NCBI GenBank assembly: GCA_963793865.1
Contig: CAWCBP010000004.1
Span: 1-64,000, forward strand
Origin: an uncultured delta proteobacterium
GTDB taxonomy: Bacteria; Desulfobacterota; WTBG01
Direction: 5' to 3'
Length of the DNA stretch: 64,000 nt
Made by a program: the position numbers and the translations under genes. Positions 1-11,156 of this stretch are shown here, one piece after another (positions within the stretch are counted from its first letter, which is position 1; every line of letters begins with the position of its first letter). Below the pieces are notes generated by a model. It was not told where the DNA came from, ran no database searches, and saw nothing but the letters and a program-made list of their open reading frames with translations.

Positions 1-184
1 TTGTTGATATAATAATACTCCCTGTTTTTCAGCAGTTTTATTTCTACCATGATTAGGCTTCAGTCAAATTGTATTTTTAGATTGTGGATTCAGCTGTGTA
101 TTCTCCACCTGATCCTCAACAATTAATGAAACTAAATAACCGCACTATAAAGAAGTGAGAGCATACAATAAATCCGCATAGAAG

Positions 185-508
185 CTACCAGCGGCAACTG
201 ATGGGTAGGTGAAGAACAAAGAGGAGGCTTAGCCCAATAGTACCAGTTGCAATTAAAACACTGGCCAATCTACTCAGCAAAACGCAGAGACGGGTGGGCT
301 CATCCTGATTTATATCTATGGTATTTGTGTATTGATACCTGGCTATAAAGTCATTAATTTCCTCTTCCTCAACAATGCCATCTTCTAAAATCAATTGAAC
401 TTCTTCTCGTATTTCTTGTGCTAGTGAAATACTTTTTTGCGGTTTGGCAAAACAATAGGCGGGGAAAATCATGGTGAGAACTAATGTGAACACTAATAAC
501 TTTTTCAT
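185..508 (-). CDS. Hypothetical exported protein in AT-rich DNA
   Basis: 107-aa ORF with AGGAGGG RBS, signal-peptide-like N-terminus (MKKLLVFTLVLTMIFPAYCFA) and hydrophobic C-terminal stretch; no family recognised. Confidence 0.6.
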   Translation of the reverse strand: MKKLLVFTLVLTMIFPAYCFAKPQKSISLAQEIREEVQLILEDGIVEEEEINDFIARYQYTNTIDINQDEPTRLCVLLSRLASVLIATGTIGLSLLFVLHLPISCRW

Positions 509-559
509 AACACCCTCCTTTCTCCGCTGTGCGGATATTCCTAATTATTATAGTTGCTC

Positions 560-1860
560 CTAATGCTTGGATTGCGCAAGCAACCCAATTGTTTTTTCAA
601 GCTCGGCGAGCGCGAGTCGAGATTGCAGAGAGGCCTGAAGTGCCTCCATTTCCGCTTTTTTAAGTGCAGCAACCGTTTCGGCATGCTTTGCTGCCGTCAC
701 AGTCCCTGCCTTGATGCCGTTTTCGCTGAGCCGCGCATTCTCCGGGACAAGGAAGCGCCTCACGGGCGACCTCCACCATCTTTTTCGAGCGCTCCAGCTT
801 CCGGTACACCTTGTCGATTTCAATCTCCGATCCGCTTGTCTATCCGTGCCAGGTTCTCTTCCGCCTGTGACTGTTGGGCGATCCTCTGGCCGATTTCGCC
901 TTTCCGTTTCCCCCAGTCGAAGATGTTCCAGGTCAGTTCAGCCCCGAAGATGCCGACGTTTTCTCCAGAAACGGCGCTCCGTCCTGGTAGCCGTGCTTGG
1001 CAAAAAGCGTCACGTCCGGGAATGTACTCGTAGCGGGCGGCACGGACCGCGTGGCGCGACTTTTCGACCGTTTCGCGGGCCGCCATGAGTTCACCGTTTC
1101 CGGCCGGGCCTGTTCATAAGACTCGTCCTTCGAGGGTTCCGTCAGGCTCCGGCAGTCCTGCCTCGGTCACTTCCAGCAGAGCGTCGCTGCGGCAAACCCA
1201 GCAGATCGTTGAGCTCCGAAGTCACGTCCGAGATGCGGTTCTCCGCCGCGATAAGCGCCTGCCTGGACTGGAGCGATTGGCCCGGCCTGCGTTCGACTGC
1301 GACATCGAGAAGGTTCCCGACTTTTACTGCATCCTCGGAATCGCGCAGGTTCGTCCTGGGCGGCCTCGAGTGAAGCCTGGGCGGCATCCTTTTCCTTGTA
1401 GGCAACCAGCAACGCGTAATAGAGCTGGTGTACCGCCAGGACCGTTTCGTTTTCCGACCTTCTTCAATTCCGCTTCTGCGATGCCGCGATCCGCCCGGGC
1501 GATCTCGATTGGCCTCATGGATTTTGAAAAGTTGTGTCTGTCGGCTGGCGCAGGGTGGTTTCGCTGAACAGGATGGCTGGAATCGCTCTGTTAATCTTTC
1601 GTAGTCCCTTGTCCGGGAAGCGGGTTCCGCCGACGGTACCCAGACTCCCGGCGGGAATTGTCATGAGTTGGCTGTCCGATCAAGAGCCAAGTCCTTGGTG
1701 CTGTTGGAAAGGACTGCGGGAAATACTGGGACGCGGGCCGCGACTATCTTGCTGCTCGTTTTCCGCCACCTTTGCCCGGCCGATCTTGAGCACCGAGTTG
1801 CTGCTTCAGAGCCGTTTCGACCGCCTGTGAGAGTGTCAGGGAATGCCTTCGCGCGGCTCA
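560..1860 (-). CDS. TolC/outer-membrane efflux factor domain, heavily frameshifted; probably the C-terminal part of the RND permease
   Basis: Fragments in several frames: LTLSQAVETALK, NSVLKIGRAKVAENEQ, GAELTWNIFDWGKRKGEI, EALQASLQSRLALAELEKTIG. Confidence 0.75.
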
Positions 1861-4800
1861 GCCGAGGCTCCTCCCTCCTCCCGCCAGCAGGGCAATGCCG
1901 CGAGCACAAGACGACCGCCCCCGGCTTTGTAGGTACGGGACCGCACCACCACGAACAGGACCGGACGACCAGCAGCGTGAAAAACATGGAGAAGATCAGT
2001 CCGACGGCAATGACGCTGGCAAGGGGACTCCAGAGGCTGGACCCGAAAGGATCATCGGAGTCACCCCTACCGCTGCGGCCATGGTGGTCAGAAATATCGG
2101 CCGCAGACGGCGCTGCCCGGCCTCCGTCGCCGCCTGCTCCAGCGAGTGGCCTTCGGCAATCTTCTCCTTAATGTAGTCGACCAGGATGATGGCATTGCGC
2201 ACCACGATACCGCACAGGCTGATAATGCCGATGAAGGCGGTGAAACCGAAAGGGTTACGGGTGACAACCAGTCCGACCGCTGCCCGAGCAGCGATCAGCG
2301 GTATCGATGACATGACGACAAGGGGCTCCGATATGTTCCTGAACTGGATGAGCAGCACCAGAAAAATCGCCACGAGGCTGATTCCAAGGGCGCCGAACAT
2401 CTGCGGGAAGTATTGTCATCCTGATTGAATTTTTCCCCTCCGTATTAGATCCGGTACCCGGGAGGCAGCTTGAGCGCCGCGATCTTCGGGCGCGACGGCG
2501 TCAAACAGGTCGAGCCGTAAAACCCCTTCTTGACGAAAGCGCGGACGGTAAGGGTCCTGACGCCGTTCCGGCGCACGATGCGGCTGGTCTGCCATTCCGG
2601 CTTGACAGCGGCAATGGCCCGGAGCGGCACCCTGGCATGGGTGAGCTGGGATCATGTAGGTATCCGCACATCGTCGAAGGAAGAGCGCGCGTCCTTGTCG
2701 AGGCGAAGCAGGATGGTAACCGGCCGGTCGCCCTCCCAGAAGGTGCTGACCGGCTTGCCGTCAAAGCCCGCCTGATAGGATCTGAGAGACCGCAAGCATT
2801 GGTCATCCCGAGCCGATTGGCCAGTTCGTTGTTCAGATCCACGTCAACCATGTAGGAGTCGTTAAAATAGTCCCGATGGACATACCTGGAAAAAGGCACT
2901 GCCCGCACGATCGCCTCGACCTGCGTTCCAATCTGTTTCAGCGTGGCAATGTCGTCGCCTGAGATCCGGATTTCTATCGGGGCCTCCTCTACCGACCCCT
3001 GCTGCAATTCCTTTACGATAACCATGGCTTCGGGAACGACAGCGGCCAACTTCGCCCGCAGGTCGTGCCACGAGGACAGGCGTCTCTTTGACTGATCGGG
3101 TGTTGACAATGAACTGGCCGTATGCGCCATCGGGCTGCTGGGGGTTGACATTGTAGTAAAACCTCGGGGAGCTCTGCCCGACAAAGGTCGCGTAATGGAC
3201 CACTTCGGGACTTGCCGGCCAGATACTTCTCGATCCGGCCCATGGCGGCATCCGTTGCCTCGATGCGCGTACCCTGGCGCATCCAGACATCAATCACAAA
3301 CTGGTTGCGTTCGGCAGAAGGGAAGAATTGCTCCGGCACCAGTCTTGAAAAGAAAAGCGCCGGCACAGATGGCCCCGACCCCGACGGCCATGGCCAGCCC
3401 TTTTCTTCCCATAAAGAGGACGATCGCCTTTCCGTATACCGTTCTGCAGACTGTCCAGGGGATTGAACGATTTCTTCTTGGTCCGGGCCTTTTCGTCGTC
3501 GTGGAGCCCCTTCTTGATGAAAGACCTGCAGAGGAAAGGCGTGAGCATGCAGGCCACAATAAAGGAGACGCTCAGCGCGATGGCCACGGTGAGCGGGAGG
3601 GCAATGATGAACTCACCGGCGGTACCCGTAAGGATGAGCAGGGGCAAAAACGAACAGATGATGGTCACCGTCGCCGTAAGAACCGGGACAAAAACTTCCG
3701 TCGCCGAGCGCCACGCCGCCTCCGCGATCGGCACCTTATGATCAAGGAGTTCCACATAGTTGTCTGCGATGACGATGGCGTCGTCGACCACGATCCCGAG
3801 GACGACGATCAGCGCTGCAATCGATACCTGGTGTAAGGGAATTCCCACGGCGTTCATGATCCCTATCGTTGTGCAGAGTGTCACCGGGATGGCCAGTGCC
3901 GCAATCAGGGCGACATGGAACGGCAGAAGGATGATGGTGACCAGGATGACCGAGCCGATGGCAAGCATGAATTCATGGCCGAGGTGGGCCATGCGCTCCC
4001 TCACCATATGCGGCTGATCCGCGATGAGATCGACTTGTATATCGGGAGGCAGCAGGGATCGAAGCTCGGTCATGACTTCGTCGAGGCGATCACCCAGCTC
4101 GGTGACATTTTTGCCCTTCTGCATTTCGACGGACAGCAACACGCTCGGTTTTCCGTCGTAGCGGACAAGGAACCGCGGGTCCTGGTAGCGCCGCTCGACC
4201 TTTGCGAAGTCCCTGATATAGACAGGCTGGCCTGTCTTTGAAACATCGACCAGAACATTTGCGATCTGGTCTTCCGTGGTGAACGGTCCCGTTGTCTTCA
4301 TCGGGATCTTTGAACGGCCGGTCTCGGCCATTCCCGTGCCCGTGATAATGTTCCTCTGCTCCAGTGCCTGCATGATGCGGACGGGATCCGCAAAATACTG
4401 GGCAAGGCGCGCAAGGCTTCCGGTGATCCACACCTCCTCGCTCTGGTCGCCGTAACGCATCATCTTTCCCACATCCCGGACGGTCCGGAACCGGTCCTGT
4501 ATCGTGTCAAGATAATCGCGCAGTTCCCTGTACCCGTAACGCTCCCCGTGGATGGCGAGGAGCATGGCGACGGTGTCGCCGAAATCCGAGTTCACGATCG
4601 GCCCGCGGACACCGGAGGGCAGTTCCGTCTGCGCGGTTTCAATCATTTCATTGCGGAGCTTTGCCCAGAAAAGATCCGAATTCTTGACATAGTCCTCGAG
4701 TTCCACATTGATAATGACGAGACCGGGGCGGCTCGTGGAATAGGTCAGTTCCTTCCTGACTTCGGGAAACTTGAAAATATGTCTTTCAAGCGTTTTGGTG

Positions 4801-4988
4801 ACCTGCTTCTCCACCTGCTCCGAGGTAGCACCGGGATACTGGGCAATCACAAGGCCCGTTCGGATGGTGACCGTGGGGTCTTCAGTCCTCGGCATTTTCA
4901 TAAGGGCGTGAATCCCGACAGCAACGGCCATGGCCGTAAGAACGAGGACGACGGATGGATAACGGAGGGAACTCTTGATCGGATTCAT
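1861..4988 (-). CDS. AcrB/AcrD/AcrF-family RND efflux permease, frameshifted
   Basis: YPGATSEQVEKQVT, GIVVDDAIVIADN, GIVVRNAIILVDYI and RRLRPIFLTTMAAAVGVTPM across ORFs 3294-4988, 3013-3366, 2501-3184, 1996-2400. Confidence 0.9.
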
Positions 4989-4993
4989 CGGTG

Positions 4994-6116
4994 CTACTCT
5001 CCTTTCTTGTCAGAAGCGTTTTCCGAGGGCGGGGTTGCTATGGTAACCGGCATGCCGTCACGGAGATGATCCTGACCTGCAATAACGATCGACTCGTCTC
5101 CTGAAAGACCTTCTTTAATTTCCACTTCGGTGCCGCGAAATGCGCCTATCTTCACCCGCTTACTGTATACGCGCCGCTGCTCGGGGAAGTAGACGAAAAC
5201 CATCGTCGCTCCCTGATCGTCGCGGACGATTGCTTCACCCGGCAGGGTCATCATTGATATCTTCCGGTCGCCTGCAATCCTCGCCTCCGCCACCATCCCG
5301 ATTCTGAGGACGTGCTTAGGGTTGGGCACGCTGATGCGTGTCATATAGGTCCTCGTGCCCGGATCGGCTGAGACATTGATGATGCGAACGGTGCCTTCGA
5401 AAGATTGCTTCGGCAGGGCAGGAAACGTGATAGACGCCTTTTGCCCTATTTTCACAAGATGTATATCCGTTTCCGGTACGCCGACGTTCACCTCCACCGG
5501 TATCCAGCTGGACGATTTCAAAGACCGGCCGCCCCGTGTGCTGCCGTCTCGCCCGGGCTCTATGCGATCGTTTCGAGATAAACCCATTTACCGGCGCAGC
5601 GAGGTCTGCATCGGCAAGGCGTTTCCGGGACAGCTTTTCTTGAGCTATGGCCTGCTGGTACTGTTCTGGCGGAATCATAGCGTGGCCTTGAATTTTTCGT
5701 AATCGTTCGGCGCCAGGCTTTTCGAGTCGATACAGCATTTTCATCCGTCCGATGCTCATCCTCGGCGCGTTCGATAGCGCGACTCGGGCCTGTTCGGCTT
5801 GCTTCTTGGCCGCCGCGAGCGTCCAGCCGGTAATCGGTCGGGTCGATGGAGGCCAGGATCTGCCCTTTTTTGACATAATCACCTTCGCGGGGCCCACGAA
5901 AAGAACTTTGCCGGAAACAAGAAATGATAACGTCTGAAGGGGCATCCGGGCGAGACGACCGTGCCGCTGACGAATATCGTCTCGGTTACACTCGCCATGT
6001 TGGACCTTGCCGACCGCAACCGAAACAGGGTCGATCTTCGTTTCCGGCTTTGTGCCTGGCGAACAGGCAGCAACAAGCCCAAGGAAAACAATGAACCAAA
6101 AACGATTCACATTCAT
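4994..6116 (-). CDS. RND periplasmic adaptor (membrane fusion protein), frameshifted
   Basis: Lipobox-like LVAAC, LSFLVSGKV, LAAPVNGFISKR, ADPGTRTY, LRIGMVAEARI, VEIKEGLSGDESIVIAGQ. Confidence 0.88.
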
Positions 6117-6194
6117 GATCAGTCCTCCTCGCCGACCATTTTTGGTACCTTCGATCAGACGGATGCCGCGATGTCCCGGGAGCTGGCGTTTCCA

Positions 6195-6508
6195 TCAACT
6201 GTGCGGGAATTCGAGGGCCGTTGTCTCAACCCATACGGAATGATTCAGCAGCCCCAAGGGCTCCTTAAGGCAGAAGAAAACCTTAGCCCGAGAGGACTCT
6301 TATCCTGACTCCCCGGTTCTGATTCCCAATAGATATGGATGCTCAAATCGGTCTCCACCACGGAATGATGATATATCCTTATTTCTACCAGATGTTTTGG
6401 CGTATCGGTCGGCGAATCAGACTCACGTACCCCCTTCAGAAGCTCATCCACGAATTGTCTATTGATGTTTGCAGGAGAACGCAATGTGATAATCTCAACC
6501 CATTTCAT
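6195..6508 (-). CDS. Small hypothetical protein, first gene of the efflux operon (one apparent frameshift near 6260)
   Basis: ATG at 6508 after AGAGGA; MKWVEIITLRS...KSPLGLRFSSALRS continues as LGLLNHSVWVETTALEFPHS* in another frame. Confidence 0.6.
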
Positions 6509-6550
6509 GGCACGTCCTCTTTGAATCCATCCATGTTGTTTTCCTATATA

Positions 6551-6567
6551 AGCCAGTTTCGTGCCAA
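6551..6567 (-). promoter_or_regulatory. sigma54 (-24/-12) promoter of the efflux operon
   Basis: Minus strand TTGGCACGAAACTGGCT is GG-N10-GC with a TGGCAC core, about 40 nt upstream of the ATG at 6508, divergent from a sigma54 activator. Confidence 0.75.
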
Positions 6568-6615
6568 ATATAAATACATATAAAATCAATAGTTACATAA
6601 ATTCTATTTTATGAT

Positions 6616-6671
6616 TTACCGAATATGGTAAAATGTGTTACGATATATAGTAATTCTTCCATATATCGTAA
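6616..6671. promoter_or_regulatory. Candidate upstream activator sequences (TTAC-N8-GTAA dyads)
   Basis: TTACCGAATATGGTAA (6616-6631), TTACGATATATAGTAA (6638-6653), degenerate CTTCCATATATCGTAA (6656-6671). Confidence 0.6.
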
Positions 6672-6741
6672 GGTGACTTCATGACAGTCTACGGACCAAG
6701 GACTTCATGCCCAGAAAGACAAACGAAACGAGGAGAAAACG

Positions 6742-8313
6742 ATGAACGTGGATGAAAATGTTTTTTTTCGCGAGGCGACCCTGCGTATATGCAGCAGCCT
6801 CGACATTGAAACGGCTCTGAAGCGCTGTTTTGAATACATACGAGCTTTCATTCCCGTGAATGGAATGACCCTGCATATACTGGATCCTGATCTGAATCTG
6901 TTGCAATTCGTGGCATCGGTCGGTGTCAACCAACTGAATGAACGAGTCCTGCCCTTGCCCGAGAAAGGCCGGAATAAAAGGGCAGCCGATTTACAGGCGG
7001 CCTTTTTGAAAAATGAAGAAAGATCCAAATTATAAACCAGCCCGACCAGGAGGTAGGGCTCCCGGAGATTCTGGAACAGACTTGGGCTCAACGCTAATAT
7101 CTCATTAATGAACATGATTCTGAAGCTTGAAGGAAATCGGATTGGCACCCTTGCGCTATATGCCGATGGCCTGAATCAATATACGGATGAACATGCCCGG
7201 TTGCTTCAACTGCTCCATGGACCCTTTGCCATTGCCATGTCCAACGCACTGGAACATCAGGAAGTCATTCGATTCAAGGACATGCTGGCCGACGACAACC
7301 GTTATCTCTTTGACGAACTGCGGTCAGTCTCAGGCGACGAGATCATCGGTTCGGATTTTGGTCTGAAGGCGGTGATGGAAATGGTTCAGCAGGTGGCGCC
7401 CCTCGACAGCCCCGTGCTGTTGCTGGGAGAGACGGGTACAGGAAAAGAGGTCATCGCCAATGCGATTCACTATTCTTCGCCCCGCAAGGATGGGCCGTTT
7501 ATCAAGGTGAACTGCGGCGCCATCCCCGAGACCCTTCTCGACAGCGAGCTCTTCGGTCACGAGAAGGGGGCTTTCACCGGGGCCATCAGCCAAAAGAGAG
7601 GGCGATTCGAACGGGCCGACAAGGGCACGATCTTCCTGGACGAAATTGGAGAACTTCCAGCCCAGGCCCAGGTGAGGCTGCTGCGTGTCCTTCAGAAGAA
7701 AGAAATCGAACGCGTGGGAGGAACAAGTTCCATACCGGTGGACATCCGCATCATATCGGCCACGAATAGAAACCTCGCAGGAGATGATTGCCTCGGGGCG
7801 ATTTCGCGAAGACCTCTGGTTCCGGCTCAATGTCTTTCCCATCACGATCCCGCCGCTCAGGCAGAGAAGAGAAGATATTCCGGCCCTGGTGCATCACTTC
7901 ATCGACCGCAAGTCCAAGGAGCTTAAGCTCACGGAGAGACCTGTGCTGGCCCCCGGTGCCATCGACAGGCTTATGGCTTATGACTGGCCGGGCAACGTTC
8001 GGGAACTGGAAAACATGATCGAACGGGCTCTGATCCAGCAGCACGGGGTGGTGCGCTTTCATTTGAGACGCTTTTGGCCCCGCAGGTTCCAGGAGGTCGT
8101 GAAGTCGATTCAGGACGCAGGCCGAAATCGAGACTCTGCTTTCGCTGGACGAGATCGACTGCCCAGCACATCAGGCAAGCTTTGGAGATGGCCGGCGGCA
8201 AGATCAACGGGCCAGGAGGAGCTGCACAAATCCTCGGGCTTCATCCAAATACTCTCAGGAACCGGATGAACAAGCTGGGAATTCCATACGGAAGGAAAAG
8301 CTGGCAGCCTTAA
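6742..8313 (+). CDS. sigma54-dependent enhancer-binding protein (GAF-like + AAA+ + Fis HTH), frameshifted
   Basis: [70 protein letters not shown]. Confidence 0.92.
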
Positions 8314-8586
8314 CTATACCGATGACTGGCATTCCTGTACTTTTCTTAATATACATGATACATGACAACCATGTGGTGATTACCAAGGATAAAGGAAGGC
8401 CGAGATACATTTTCAATCATGAGCAAACTGAGGAGGATAATTTATCAAGATTAGTTATCACTGGTTTGTGTTAATTCTGACTGTAGAAGCATTTTGTGCT
8501 GCTCCATCTATGTTAAAGTGGAAATATCTCCTTAGGAAGAGACTTAAAGAGTTGTTTGATAGTCTGAGGATTGCTCAGGATGCTTA

Positions 8587-8673
8587 TTGACATATTGCCC
8601 TTAAGGCGCTATAAGGAGTTTTAATTTAATTTCAAGGTATTTAACTTGCGCTCACTTGCTGTGCTGCTATAAT
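8587..8673 (+). promoter_or_regulatory. Two candidate sigma70 promoters upstream of kdsA
   Basis: TTGACA-17-TATAAG (8587-8615); TTGCGC-16-TATAAT with extended TG (8646-8673). Confidence 0.55.
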
Positions 8674-8691
8674 AATCCCGAAGGGCGAACA

Positions 8692-9546
8692 GTGACCAGG
8701 GAAGTCAAGATAGAGACCATATCAATGGGGGGAAATCACCCCTTTGTCTTCATTGGAGGTCCCTGCGTTATCGAAGACGAGGCCATGGTTTTATCCCTTG
8801 CCCGCGCCATCAAAGAGATAACCGCGTCCCTTGCTATTCCCTTTATATTTAAGACCTCTTATGATAAGGCCAACCGGAGCGCGCTCACTTCATATCGCGG
8901 CCCGGGCCTTAAAAAGGGGCTGGCCGTCATTGAGAAGGTAAAAAGTGACCTGCACATCCCGGTGGTGACTGACGTCCATCGCTTTGAAGAAATAGAGCCC
9001 GCTGCCCGGGTAGTGGATATGCTGCAGGTGCCCGCCTTTCTGTCGCGGCAAACCGATTTTATCATTAAGGTAGCCGAAGCCGGAAAGGCGGTTAACATCA
9101 AAAAGGGGCAGTTCATGTCGCCCCACGAGGTAAAAAACCTCATTGCCAAGGCCACTTCGACGGGAAATCACCATGTGCTGGTGACCGAACGGGGGTTCTC
9201 GTTCGGTTACAATAATCTCGTGGTCGACATGCGCGGGCTGCCCATCATGCGCTCATTCGGCTACCCGGTGGTCTTTGACGCTTCGCACAGCGTGCAGCTG
9301 CCGGGCGGATTGGGAACGGCCTCCGGCGGGGAGCGCCGGTTTGTCGAATGCCTTGCCCGCGCCGCCGCCGCGGCCGGCATTGACGGGCTGTTCATGGAAG
9401 TGCATGGGGATCCTGACCGCGCCCGGTGTGACGGCCCCAACATGCTCGGGGTGGATTCGCTCGCCCCGCTGCTCAAGCAGGTACAGGCAATCGATGCCCT
9501 GGTGAGGGACAACGGGGTCCCGTCGGGGCAGGCGCAGCCTTCATAA
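8692..9546 (+). CDS. kdsA: KDO-8-phosphate synthase
   Basis: GGPCVIE, FKTSYDKANRS, NIKKGQF, DASHSVQLPGG; GTG start at 8692 inferred. Confidence 0.97.
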   Translation: MTREVKIETISMGGNHPFVFIGGPCVIEDEAMVLSLARAIKEITASLAIPFIFKTSYDKANRSALTSYRGPGLKKGLAVIEKVKSDLHIPVVTDVHRFEEIEPAARVVDMLQVPAFLSRQTDFIIKVAEAGKAVNIKKGQFMSPHEVKNLIAKATSTGNHHVLVTERGFSFGYNNLVVDMRGLPIMRSFGYPVVFDASHSVQLPGGLGTASGGERRFVECLARAAAAAGIDGLFMEVHGDPDRARCDGPNMLGVDSLAPLLKQVQAIDALVRDNGVPSGQAQPS

Positions 9547-9555
9547 CCACAGGTA

Positions 9556-10566
9556 ATGAGCAATCCAATGAAGAAGCAGGACACAGGTGAAAAACCGGAT
9601 CTGGTTATCCTGGAAGCACAGAAGGTGCTGGATACCGAGGCCCGGGCCATTCAGTTTCTGAAGCACAAGATCGGGGAAAGTTTTGTCAGGGCGGTGGATC
9701 TGCTCAACGGCTGCACCGGCAAGGTTATCGTCATCGGCATCGGCAAGTCGGGCATCGTCGCCCAGAAGATTGCCTCCACTTTTTCCTGCAGCGGAACCCC
9801 TGCCTTCTTTCTCCACCCGGCGGAAGGCATTCACGGCGACATCGGCATGATGTCCAAAAGCGACGTGGCGGTGGCAGTCTCCAACAGCGGGGAAACCCGG
9901 GAAATCATTCAGATCCTCCCGGTCATCAAGCGCTGGGGCATACCGCTTATCGTCATGACCGGAAATGTGCGCTCGGTGCTGGCGCAAAGCGGGGAGGTGG
10001 TGCTCGACACCGGCGTGCCGGAAGAGGCCTGTCCCCTGGGCCTTGTTCCCACCTCAAGCACCACGGCCACCCTGGCACTGGGCGACGCCCTGGCCATGGC
10101 CCTGCTGGTGAAGCGGGGGTTTAAGGAGGATGATTTTGCCCTTCTCCATCCCGGCGGTACCCTGGGCAGAAAGCTGCTGCTCCGGGTCGAGGACCTGATG
10201 CACTCGGGAAACGAGATCCCGATCATCGGGGATGACACCCCGGTGAAGGAAGGGCTGCTGGAGATGACCTCAAAGCGGATGGGGGTAACCGGCGTTTGCG
10301 ACAGGCAGGGCATGGTGGTGGGAATCATCACCGACGGCGATCTGCGCAGGGCCCTTGAAAAGGGGGATGATGTGCTCGGCAAGAAGGCGAGCACCATCAT
10401 GACCCCGCAGCCGAAAACCATCTCCAGGGATGATCTGGCCGCCACCGCGCTCAGGAGGATGGAGGAATTTTCCATCACCTCCCTCTTCATACTCGACGAC
10501 GAGGGGAGCCGGAAGCCGGTCGGCATCATCCACATGCATGACCTGCTGCGGGCGGGGGTGGTGTAG
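9556..10566 (+). CDS. kdsD: Arabinose-5-phosphate isomerase (KpsF/GutQ; SIS + 2 CBS)
   Basis: GIGKSG, HPAEGIHGDIG, EACPLGLVPTSST, HPGGTLG, GIITDGDLRR. Confidence 0.96.
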   Translation: MSNPMKKQDTGEKPDLVILEAQKVLDTEARAIQFLKHKIGESFVRAVDLLNGCTGKVIVIGIGKSGIVAQKIASTFSCSGTPAFFLHPAEGIHGDIGMMSKSDVAVAVSNSGETREIIQILPVIKRWGIPLIVMTGNVRSVLAQSGEVVLDTGVPEEACPLGLVPTSSTTATLALGDALAMALLVKRGFKEDDFALLHPGGTLGRKLLLRVEDLMHSGNEIPIIGDDTPVKEGLLEMTSKRMGVTGVCDRQGMVVGIITDGDLRRALEKGDDVLGKKASTIMTPQPKTISRDDLAATALRRMEEFSITSLFILDDEGSRKPVGIIHMHDLLRAGVV

Positions 10567-10570
10567 CCCC

Positions 10571-11113
10571 ATGGACCGGGAAAAGCTCATGCCCATTACG
10601 CTGCTCATGCTCGATGTTGACGGGGTTTTGACCGACGGCACAATCATTTACAGCGACAGCGGGGAGGAGATCAAGGCCTTCAATGTCCGGGACGGCCACG
10701 GCATTAAGCTGGTGATGCGCGCGGGCATAGAGGTGGTGCTGCTCACCGCCCGGGAGTCAAAGGTGGTCGGGCACCGGGCACGTGACCTCGGCATCACCGG
10801 CGTGTATCAAAAGGCCACCGACAAGCTCGCGGCTTACAGCGGCATCCTCGCGGAAAAAAAGATCCAGGACAAAAATGTCCTCTTTGTCGGGGACGACATC
10901 ATTGATGTCCCGGTGCTGAGAAGGGCCGGCTTTTCCGCCGCCGTGGCCGACGCGGTGCCGGAGGTAAAAGAGGTGGTTGATTACGTTACCAGCCAGGCGG
11001 GGGGTAAAGGCGCGGTGCGGGAGCTGTGCGAGCTCCTGCTGAAGGCCCAGAACAAGTGGGAGCGGGTGACAGAGAAGTATTCGCTGCCCCGGGGTTCATC
11101 CCGGTGCACCTAG
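10571..11113 (+). CDS. kdsC: KDO-8-phosphate phosphatase (HAD)
   Basis: LDVDGVLTDG, FNVRDGHG, GDDIID, GGKGAVRE; ATG at 10571. Confidence 0.96.
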   Translation: MDREKLMPITLLMLDVDGVLTDGTIIYSDSGEEIKAFNVRDGHGIKLVMRAGIEVVLLTARESKVVGHRARDLGITGVYQKATDKLAAYSGILAEKKIQDKNVLFVGDDIIDVPVLRRAGFSAAVADAVPEVKEVVDYVTSQAGGKGAVRELCELLLKAQNKWERVTEKYSLPRGSSRCT

Positions 11114-11156
11114 CATCCGGCGCATCGCTCCATGCGCGGCGCTGCATGAGACCGCA

